This document shows positions 53,857 through 64,000 of a stretch of 64,000 nucleotides of DNA, one piece after another (position 1 is the first letter of the stretch; every line of letters begins with the position of its first letter). A model generated the notes under the pieces. That model made no database searches, had not been told where the DNA came from, and saw only the letters and a list, made by a program, of their open reading frames with translations. Both the position numbers and the translations under genes were made by a program. Origin of the DNA: Chrysomallon squamiferum (Eukaryota; Animalia; Mollusca); NCBI GenBank assembly GCA_012295275.1, contig CM022665.1, forward strand, positions 47,430,001-47,494,000, written 5' to 3'.

Positions 53857-54927
53857 TTACTGTATTACTGACGAGCTGATGTTTGACAGCTGCTGCTGTT
53901 GTTGTTGTTGCGTCTGCCCCGTTTTCGTAAACATCGACACCAGCTCCGTCCTGACGTTGCGCGCGGAGGCCACGTACAGGTAGAAGTTGACGGCAAAGTT
54001 GACGTCCCACAGAAACGCTGCGGGGTCTTTGAGCACGTCCAACGTCGTCCACGTCGGCCGCAGGACGCTGACGAGAACCAGGAGGGCGTTCGGCATGACG
54101 AGCAGGAAGAACGTCAGCGACACCGTCAGCATCATCGTCGTCACCCTGTTTGACGTCTGGGATCTGTTACCTATGGCGGCGATGGCCGACTTTTGTCGCT
54201 GCAACTGGACGATGATGCAGACGTTGCCCACTAAAATGAGAACGAGCGGCAGCATGGAGACGAAGATGGTTGCAACGACGAAGTGAATCTTGATGTGAGG
54301 CAACGTCATGGCGCAGCCCACGGCGGGGAGGTAGTGGGTGAAAACGGGGATGTACGACAGCAGAATCAGAGTGCCCAGAGCCACGCAGCTGACCACCTTC
54401 CGCGCTACTCGCGGTCTGCAGACGCCGGTGCCCGTCAGAGGAAACAGCACGACGACAACGCGCTCCACGGTGACGCAGACGATGGCCCACGAGCTGACGA
54501 CGGTGTTGGCGGTGATGAGGTACTCGCTGGCGATGCAGGCGGCCGGGGTACGGAAGCGGACGAGAACGGGCAAACCGCGGAACTCGCGCAACAGGTTCAC
54601 CCAGAAGAGAACTCTCACTAGCAGGGACACGGTGTCGCAGATGGCGCACATGACGAGGTAGTAGCTGTACGAGTGCCTCCTCATCGCCGGCCGCACCATC
54701 ACGGCGACGGCCAGCACGTTGCCGACGATTCCGAGCACGAAGAAGAGCGGCAGCCCGACGAGTCTCAGCCACGTCCCGAACAACGTCACCTGCTGCGACG
54801 TCGGCTTCTCGATGAAGCCGAACCAGTAGTTTGGCAGCCACAGTGTGCCGGATGTTCCGGTGACGTCAGAAGTGACGGAGCTCAGTTCCGGTGTGGAAAT
54901 CGCTGAGTTTTCGGTCGTCGCGTTCAT
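53857..54927 (-). CDS. Single-exon rhodopsin-class (class A) GPCR, orphan FMRFamide-receptor/Srw-like, 356 aa
   Basis: Seven hydrophobic segments. N-terminal NAT sequon, TM1 GIVGN, TM2 AICD, TM3 Cys plus ERV (DRY position) followed by FPL, ECL2 Cys, TM5 LP...N, TM6 Pro, TM7 NFAVNFYLY. GC-rich uninterrupted ORF with a polyQ C-tail. Confidence 0.93.
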   Translation of the reverse strand: MNATTENSAISTPELSSVTSDVTGTSGTLWLPNYWFGFIEKPTSQQVTLFGTWLRLVGLPLFFVLGIVGNVLAVAVMVRPAMRRHSYSYYLVMCAICDTVSLLVRVLFWVNLLREFRGLPVLVRFRTPAACIASEYLITANTVVSSWAIVCVTVERVVVVLFPLTGTGVCRPRVARKVVSCVALGTLILLSYIPVFTHYLPAVGCAMTLPHIKIHFVVATIFVSMLPLVLILVGNVCIIVQLQRQKSAIAAIGNRSQTSNRVTTMMLTVSLTFFLLVMPNALLVLVSVLRPTWTTLDVLKDPAAFLWDVNFAVNFYLYVASARNVRTELVSMFTKTGQTQQQQQQQLSNISSSVIQ

Positions 54928-55311
54928 TTTGCACAGTTTTCAGTGAACTCAACAAAACAGAAATGACGAGTGTGTTTATAGGTTCTCAGTTAGAATCTAA
55001 TCGTTTAGCACAGGTAATTATTGCAGAAAACTGGCTTTGTCGTTGTTTCGAAATTTATATTACCAGTCAAATCCATTTTCGTTTAAAGCTATTGTGGAAT
55101 TTTGGAAACAACCCAGAAAACTGTAGACACAAATCCAATTCTTCTGAATGTAGATAAGATATTAATTTTGTTTTTTCTTTAATAATGTAAATTTGTTTTC
55201 CTTTTCTTCTCAAATTAAAGTTTATAATAAAAATGCACACATTTTAAAATCCACCGTATTGCTGCATTCCAGAAACATCGAAATAACAATAACAATAACA
55301 ATAACAATAAC

Positions 55312-55358
<47 letters not shown>

Positions 55359-56661
55359 CAAAAACAACAACAACCGAACTTAGACGACTGATTAAAATGA
55401 TCCAAAGTTTCTGTCGACAGAAAATGATTGCTGAAACCGCTGTCCTTAACTCATACGTTCAACAAACTTCCCTTCCTCTGAAAGACACCGTGTAATTCAG
55501 CTGTGTATGAAAACCAATGAGAAACACCATGAGACACGTTTGACAGAAACTTTCTCTATTGATGTGACTGATATCTTGACTATCCTATCCTCTCGTGAGC
55601 TGATTGTGTATCGATTCTGAAGTGACCAATACACAACCACGTGGTTGGCGAAGCACACACAGCTCACTGAAAGACAACAGTTATCGAGACTATTCAGTTC
55701 AGTTTTTGTTCGCTGTTATAAATTAAATGTTTTTATTTTTTTTTTTTTTTTTTTTAAAAAACGAAAATATTCGCTTGTTCTTTTCATTTATTTATTTGTT
55801 TGTTTGTTCGTTTGTTCGTTTGTTTATTTATTTGTTTATTATTTTTTGTTCAGATTTACATTGAATGAATGTTATAATAGTTTTAATCGAATGTAACATT
55901 TTCAGTTTTGATTTCGAGTCTTAGTCATATTCATTGTCCAAATCTAACAACACAGAGACAGACATACTCACATACACACACACTCACGCACGCACATATA
56001 TGTAAAGGCAAGTAAAAAAACCAAAACAAGACAGCAAAATAATTCGCAAAATGTAATGTAAGTATTTTCGTAAATTTTCAGCAACCGAATGTATAGTATG
56101 CAAGCATTACAGTTATTTTTTGTTTCTGTTTGTTTGTTTGTTTGTTATATAACGGCTGGAAGACTGGCATACTGAATATTAAAACACCGGAAATACAATA
56201 TGCTATTTATTTAACGACCGGAAGTGCTATTATTGTGGTTTACGTCGATGGATTACAAGTATTACGAGTTTTGTAAATAAATCGGGTCTGTTTTGATTAA
56301 ATAATTCTGTTTTCACCTTAGTTTGTGTCCTCTGTAGATAGGATAATAATATCTAATATTTATGACGCAGTTTGTCAAAAATGATAAAAATAAGTTGTTA
56401 ACCACAACTTACAGTTCCAGTCCTTTGTTTTGATCGGAAATATTACTGTGTAGTTTATTAGCATTAATACTGTTATGAAATAAATTTTATATGATGACAG
56501 ACATCGCACACACATACAAATTAAATAAATAAATAAATAAATTGAAAAATAAATTGGCAAATCAACGAAACTAGCAGATTTGTTTCTGTATAAGTACATA
56601 TTTGTTTCATTCTTGTTTTAATTGAAATAAAATTTAATTTAATTGTTTATTTTTTTTATGT

Positions 56662-56699
<38 letters not shown>

Positions 56700-56843
56700 G
56701 GCATTCAGTTAAGGAGTGAAAAAAAACCCCATAAAAATAACCTAAATTTATAAAGACAAATATACTAAAAATCAGAAATATTAGCTAAATTATTACCAGG
56801 AAGTTTAATTTATACATTAGCGAACGAAGGAAAAAAACAACTA

Positions 56844-56894
<51 letters not shown>

Positions 56895-58701
56895 CTATAT
56901 TTATAGAGATAACTATATTAAAATTCAAAAATGGTAAAGTCTTTGCTAAGTAATTATCAAGAAGCTGAAAGGGTATTATTAAAAGACAGTTATGTTTTTC
57001 TCTTTATAAATGGTTTGTTAAAAATCTATCAAAAATTAATAATTTATGGTTTCTTACAATTACGTCACACAGCATTGACTAAAATATTGATATATAGTCG
57101 CGTCTTGTTTGAATGCAGTCTTGAGTAAATATGCAGTGGAAAGCAGTGAGACAAAAAAAAAAAAATAAAATAAAACGATTAGAAAAAAAAAATCCTAAGT
57201 AACTAACTAACTAAATAAATAAATAAAAATAAAAATAAAAATTATTAACTAACTAAATAAATAAATAACAATAAAATTTAAAAAAATATATAAATAAATA
57301 AGAAAAAATGTAAAAAGTAATAAAATAACTACAAAAATGTTCCATACTCCTTTTTAACTGGCTATATATAATATAGCCTACAACATTCGGAACTTATATA
57401 TTTTAGCATAAATTTCGAAACGGATTTATTCTTTTTCTTTTTTTTTTTTTTTTTTCTACTCTTTCCACTGAAATGTACGGTTTCGCACATCAATATCCAG
57501 CTTGGTGAACTTCCAATAAAACATCGTGTGATAATTACAAGAACGATATCGATCATTTCATCCTTTATATCCAGTCTGTTTTATTGTTTGTAATTATTTC
57601 ACTGACTTGTACATTTGCTTTATTTTTTAAAATTATTATTCTTATTCTTATTATTTATCTTAAAGCTAACAAAAACACCTGTATTGTATTGTAGGCTGTG
57701 TTATAATAAATGAGCCTCGTTCTGGAGATTAAATATGTCTGTCTGTCGTCGTCAACACCTGAATGTTTATTTGAAGATTTATCGTTGTTCTTCCTGAACG
57801 CCAAATAAAGATTACACAGTTCATATGACGTCATGTACTCTTGTTTGATGTAAAGTGCACTTTTCCTTTCATTACCTTTCAGTAATAACATAATATGATT
57901 ATTTCGTTTTTTTAATTTTTATAATTTTTTTGTTATCAAAGTTTAGTCTTATTTATTTATTTATTTATTAAATAGTATTATTATTATTATTACATTCGTT
58001 CTGAATCGATTTGTAAATTTTTTTTAATTATTATTATTATTTTTTTTTTTAAGTTATAAATTAATAGTTCTATTCCAGGGAGAAAATTAAATAAAAATAA
58101 AACTAAGGAATAAACAAACAGATATTTTATGACTTTGCAGTACATAAACAGTTCATCTTGGATATTGTAAATATCTAGTTTACCTTCCTACGTTGTTTTT
58201 TTTAATTAATTTTTTTTCTTCATTTCTTTGCTTTCTTTTCTGCTTGCTTATCATCACGTCATCATCATCATCATTAAAATGATTATTAATGTAACTGTTG
58301 TTATTTTATTATTATCATCGTCATTATTATTAATACCACCACCACCACCACCACTATCACTACTACTGCTACAACAACTACTTCTGTGGCTATTACTACA
58401 CCAACTACTACTACTATTACCACTATTACTACTACTACTACTACTACTATTTTGTTTTTAGTTTGTTCATTTGCGAGAACAGCTAGTCTTTCTGTGAGTC
58501 GTGTGTTTGTCTGTCTGCCTGTTTGACTGTCCAGCTCTAAATCTTTTTCGTTTTCTACTCGTATCACTTCGTCGTCACTGTTACAGGGCCTAATATTCAC
58601 TAACCGCCGCTATCCCACTTTCTGACCACGGTAACAACGTCGCTTCGTGTTTGCACATCGGCTTGTCAGCCAGCATTAACCACGCCGTTCCCTCAAAATT
58701 A

Positions 58702-59121
58702 ACAGCATGGCAAACATGCTTAAACAGCATGTCTCTGAATTTTGAATGATAAATTTAATCCGAACAGGTTCTTGAGACTGTTTGAGAAAAAAAAATAAAA
58801 AAATAAATAAAACAAAAAAAAAAAAAAAAGAAAAAGGATTTTTTCTGTTTGAAACTGAGGCTTTGATTCAGAACTTTCATTTTCTTTCTCTTCCTTCTTT
58901 CCTTCCTTTTCTTTATTCTTTTTATCTTCTTTCGTTTTTGTTTCTTTGTTTTGTTTGTTTCTTCCTTCCTTCCTTTCTTTCCTGTCTTTCAGTTACTGTT
59001 TCAAGTGGCTCGTTTTAGCTTACTTTTGAACATAGTCTGAAGACCGTTGTTTTTTAAAAGGAAGACTTTTCAGTGCTATTAAACCTCTAGAAGTAGACTG
59101 CAATGAAAATCACTTCAATGG

Positions 59122-59162
<41 letters not shown>

Positions 59163-59595
59163 CATATACACACAAAACTGACAGCATGGCAAACACGCTT
59201 AAACAACAGTCGTATGCGCATGTCTCTGAATTTTGAATGATAAATTTAATCCGAACAGTTTCTTTAGTCTGTTTGAGAAAAAAAAAAAAAAAATCTATTC
59301 TGCTTGAAACTGAGACTTTGATTCAGAACTTTCATTTTCTTTCTCTTCCTTCCTTCCTTCCTTTTCTTTATTCTTTCTTTTTTCTTTCTCTTTTTTCTTT
59401 CTTCCTTCTTCCTTCCTTCCTTTCTTTCCTGCCTTTCAATTACTGTTTCATGTGGCTCGTTTTAGCATACATTTGAACATGTCTGTGTTTACGTGTCTGT
59501 GTGTGTGTGCGTGTGTGTGCGTTGTTTTTAAAAGGAAGACTTTTCAGTGCTATTAAACCTCTAGAAGTAGACTGCAATTAAAATCACTTCAATGG

Positions 59596-59600
<5 letters not shown>
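58702..59600. repeat. Diverged tandem duplication, ~420-bp unit x2 (58702-59125, 59181-59600)
   Basis: Both copies run ACAGCATGGCAAAC...CATGTCTCTGAATTTTGAATGATAAATTTAATCCGAACAG...TTTGATTCAGAACTTTCATTTTC...AAAGGAAGACTTTTCAGTGCTATTAAACCTCTAGAAGTAGACTGCAAT...AAATCACTTCAATGGATATA. Confidence 0.9.
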
Positions 59601-59628
<28 letters not shown>

Positions 59629-59659
59629 TACATATACATACATACATACATACATATAC

Positions 59660-59709
<50 letters not shown>

Positions 59710-59803
59710 GTATATATGTATATATATATATATATAGATAGATATATATATATATATATGTATGTATGTATATATATATATATATATATCCCTTAAAGTA
59801 ATT

Positions 59804-59834
<31 letters not shown>

Positions 59835-60836
59835 GTATGCAAGTATGTATATCCTCATTATAAGAACATATAAGTTCTAGTCTAGTTTGTAATCAAACGA
59901 CGTGAATACGCTCAGCCATGCGTGAACTCGTTACGGGATTGTTCTGCGGGTAACATACAAACAGACGAATGCCACACATTAACACAGAGAGAGAGAGAGA
60001 TCTGAAGCCGCTTCACGCCAGACGTGACAGCAGTAATAAATCTGAATTCACACACAGATTCGTGAATAAAAAGAAACTCTTCGTTTGAAAGGCGAGATGC
60101 GTTGCAAATGCGATGATCACGTCGTTCTGTGCACGTAAGCGTGAAAAATGCTGACAGATATTTTTCCTGTAATCGATAAAAGTACCAACTTGCCTGATTA
60201 TAACTTACATTACCGCTGCTGCTGCTACTACTACTACTTCTGATGCTGCTACTACTACTACTACTACTCTTACCACAACTACTACTGCTACATAATGAGA
60301 TTTTTAATGATAATGATAACAACAAGAAGAATAACGACAACAGCAACAGAAGCACCAGCAGCAACAACAACAACAACAACAACAATAATAATAATAATAA
60401 TACTAAGAAGAAGAAGAACAACAACAACAACAACAACAAGAATGTGTAACAAGCAAAAACAAAGAATAAATCTTTTCTTGAATTATATCAGAATTTTGTT
60501 ACTTCCGAACCCAACAATGTCTTAACAAACTGTCTGTATTTATAATATTGAAAAAAGAAGAAGAAGAAAGAATGAGAGAAGAATGGATGACAGTTAACAA
60601 ATTACTACAAACGAGAGACAAACATGAACGTCAGATGTATGAATACATTAACTGATGAATAAACACTGGTATCTTTTTCAACATCATCATCACCATCATC
60701 AACATCTCGTTTTCTCGTCACTATCTCTTCATCATTATCTCATGATTATCTCATCACCATCATCACTTCATCATTATCTCGTTATCATCATCTCATAATA
60801 ATCTCATACTCGTTATCATCATCATCATTATTATTT

Positions 60837-60867
<31 letters not shown>

Positions 60868-60960
60868 GTTATTATTATTATTATCATTGTTGTTATTATT
60901 ATTATTATTTTTATTATTATTATTATTATTATCGTTGTTGTTTACTAAGAGTAACATCAC

Positions 60961-61001
<41 letters not shown>

Positions 61002-61282
61002 TTTATTTATTTATATTGTATTTGTTACAAACGCTGCTACTACTATAATTATTACTGTCGTTGTTGGTGGTTTTTGACTTACCTAACAACATTTAAAAAA
61101 GTCAACACAGATTTCAACGTAATCTTCCTGACACTGTAAACACGATCATATCAGTGACCACATAAATGTCAAATGCGTTTACCCTGTACGAGCGAAATCC
61201 GCTTAATAATATCTTAAATACAAGTATTACTCCCAGTACCACAAATAATTACATCTTTACTCTTTTTCAGTTGACATGGGAA

Positions 61283-61317
<35 letters not shown>

Positions 61318-61375
61318 ATATGTATATTATCTGTTTGTTTATTTTTATTTTATTTTTTATTTATTTATTTTTATT

Positions 61376-61410
<35 letters not shown>

Positions 61411-61750
61411 CGGTTCCGTATAATTTAATATTTTATTCAGTGAAAATTAGTAACAGTTTTTGTTCTTAAATATTTTAAAATGTGTATCATAAACTGAATA
61501 TTACATACAGTACCCGGTTAGTGTAACTGTACTCACTGCTGACGCAAATGAACCCATGCGTATTTGTACAGACACACAGAGACACACACAAATACACACA
61601 CATATATCTATGCATATATATATACACAAGCACAGATAAAGACTATTTCGGGATATCAACTTTTTTTCTTCTTATTATTATTATTATTATATTATTATTA
61701 TACACGCACTATCGCACACACATGCACAAAATCACCACTGATAATAAAAA

Positions 61751-61781
<31 letters not shown>

Positions 61782-62109
61782 AAGTATATAATTACATTCA
61801 TACGTATCTACGTTTTTATCACTCTTAACTTCAGAGACTTCAGTGCCCTCCTATGATAATGCATGTTCTACTTTTCAGATAAGTTGATGTTTTCTTTTTT
61901 TTTAAATAAACAATGGGGACGGTTTTACAAACTTATTTAGAGATGGCGTAAGGTAGTTTATCACAAAAAAAAAAAAAAAAAAAAAAAAAAAAGAAAAAGA
62001 AAAAGAAAAAGAAAAGTCACTCTTCATAAATCAAATGCTTTTGAGTGAAAGAAGGAACAGAAATTTTTTTTTTTTTAATAATCTTCATAAAGTGAGACGA
62101 AATAATGAT

Positions 62110-62290
62110 TTCAGGGTGGGTGACGAAAAAGGTGTGGTCTTATCTAGCTCCGCCCAGTCAACTGGATTCGCGCCTGACTCCTGTCTCAAAGTCAACATTT
62201 GACTGAAAGTCGCAAAGTGACCTTGACAAACATTCCATTATCGCTTTCTTCCTCGCTCCTGACAAGACCTGCACGTGAGACAAGGTAGGT
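62110..62290 (+). promoter_or_regulatory. Candidate promoter and non-coding first exon of the SLC22 gene
   Basis: GC-richer island with GC box CCGCCC (~62150), CAAAGTCA, TGACCTTGA (62218-62226) and donor AAG|GTAGGT at 62284/62285. A matching acceptor TCTTTTCACAG| at 63164 lies 9 nt before the ATG. Confidence 0.5.
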
Positions 62291-63173
62291 GGGGACAAAG
62301 TTGCTCGTCAAAAACATATTTATTTACAAACTTATTTAGTCTACTCCTTTTTTTCTTTCTTTTTTTAAATTCTTCTTTTCTGTTGTGTGTTTCGTAGTTT
62401 CGTTTCGTGACCGTTGGGTATCTCATTAAGACAAACAAGCTTTCGCTAGATTTATTAATAACTAACATACAAAGAAAAATGATGACGACAACAACAGGTG
62501 ATAATAAATAACTTTAAATGTGAAATGTTTTGGGAAAACAATAAGGAGCAGTGAATAATTTTTAAACTGATATTTGTGAACGAGAGAAGGACGTGATGTA
62601 ACCCGTACTGAAATGTTATTTCATACCCCAGTGTACGTTTATCATTATCATAACTTATTTGTTCGTCAGATTTTATCTTAACAGATTTACATTTATTTTT
62701 TGTTTTTTTTTTTTTTTTATATCAACGCGAAATGTTCTTCTATTTTTCTGAAAGATTTTCTGTTTAAACGTGTGTGGACATTTTTGTCAAAAAAAAAAAA
62801 AAAAAAAAAAGAAAAAAAAAGATATTTATTGTAAAGCAGTATATTTGATCTTAATCAAACAAAACAGTGTTTGTGTGAAAGATACTGTATCATGTACATA
62901 TAATGGAAATATATGAAGAAATATTTTAAAGAAAAGAATCTGAACTATATAATAAACCAACAAATATATGAAAGCAAAATTATTTAAAACGTCCACGTAT
63001 GTGCAAAGAAAATATATCGTTTCAAAAGCCTTTCAGTTTAAATAAAATTAATAGCCAGAATCATCAGTAACACATCAGCAACATCAATAAATAAATAAAT
63101 AAATAAATAAAAGCCTTGCAGCAGAATTAATGTATAATTCTTACAGAATCATCTCTTTTCACAGAAAATCAAA

Positions 63174-63598
63174 ATGGCTACTCTTGAAGATCTTCTGGCA
63201 GAGACCGGAAAGTTTTCTCGCTTCCAAATCTTAATTCTTCTGCTAACACTGACACCTAAAATCCTCACTGGCTGGAGCATGCTGCAGATGTCGTTTGCTG
63301 CCGTTGTGCCGGACTGGTGGTGTGTTGAGAGCGACGGACGCGCAGACGTCGCCAACATTACAAAGGATAACACAACATTTCAGACGTGCGCGCCAAACGA
63401 GACCTCGCACTGTGTGAGAGTGTATTCATACGCCATCAGGACTATAATCAATGAGGTTAGTTAAAGATGACGACACTAGATTCACGTCGGTAGACTGTTA
63501 CGTTTTCCAGTCTACGTCAGACATTTGCTATTTATGACGTCACAATAATATTATTTCAGACAGTCATACCAGAACTATTAACGTAGGATTAATAATAA

Positions 63599-63629
<31 letters not shown>

Positions 63630-64000
63630 AAAAATAAGAATACAATAACGACGACTTTAATAATAATAATAAATAAATAAATAAATAAATAAATTAATTA
63701 AAATTAATTAATTAACTGATCTTACAGTGGGATCTGGTCTGTGAAAACGCCTGGATCAAACCGGCAGTGACGTCAATACAAATGGCGGGCGTCCTCCTGG
63801 GAGCAATGGCGGGCGGACAGTCAGCTGACGTCATCGGTCGACGCTACACGCTCTACCTCTCCCTCCTCGTGCACGGCGTCGCCAACGTCGTAGCAGCGTA
63901 CTCTGCCACGTGGGAGATGTTCGCCGTGATGAGGTTCGTTCTGGGCTTCATGATCGGCTCCATTCTGGTGGTCAGTTACACTTATCCAATGGAATTCATC
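63174..64000 (+). CDS. SLC22-family organic cation/anion transporter (MFS), 5' part; join(63174..63455,63728..>64000)
   Basis: MATLEDLLAETGKFSRFQ N-terminus, Cys/N-glycan extracellular loop, RTIINE|WDLVC across a phase-0 GT-AG intron, then QMAGVLLGA, ADVIGRR (MFS motif A), MRFVLGF and YPMEF. Runs off the window. Confidence 0.93.

Noticed and set aside
53732-54906. Several overlapping ORFs in other frames and strands of the GPCR, including 224 aa at 54167-54841
   Set aside because: Expected by-products of GC-rich coding sequence; no recognisable motifs.

Overview
AT-rich, microsatellite-dense animal genomic DNA. It looks invertebrate, probably lophotrochozoan or molluscan; this is an inference from protein divergence and GPCR type. 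Nearly all ORF-track entries are microsatellite artefacts. I assembled five genes by hand from splice sites and recalled homology: a 3-exon gamma-glutamylcyclotransferase (GGCT, +, 25035-27558), a 9-10-exon pinin (PNN, -, 40257-30906), a 6-exon TRAPPC6 (+, 40583-45145) head-to-head with pinin across 325 bp, an intronless class A peptide-receptor-like GPCR (-, 54927-53857), and the start of an SLC22 transporter (+, 63174 to the window end). The first ~24.5 kb has no recognisable host coding exon. It holds microsatellites, CpG-rich motif islands and an internally rearranged Tc1/mariner relic. The strongest signal is in pinin: exon 8 appears 1 nt short of the conserved frame, and intron 8 carries a well-flanked 16-nt candidate microexon. 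That microexon would either restore the frame exactly or, if the missing base is an assembly error, introduce a stop that removes the whole RS tail. All homology calls come from recalled sequences and motifs, not database searches.
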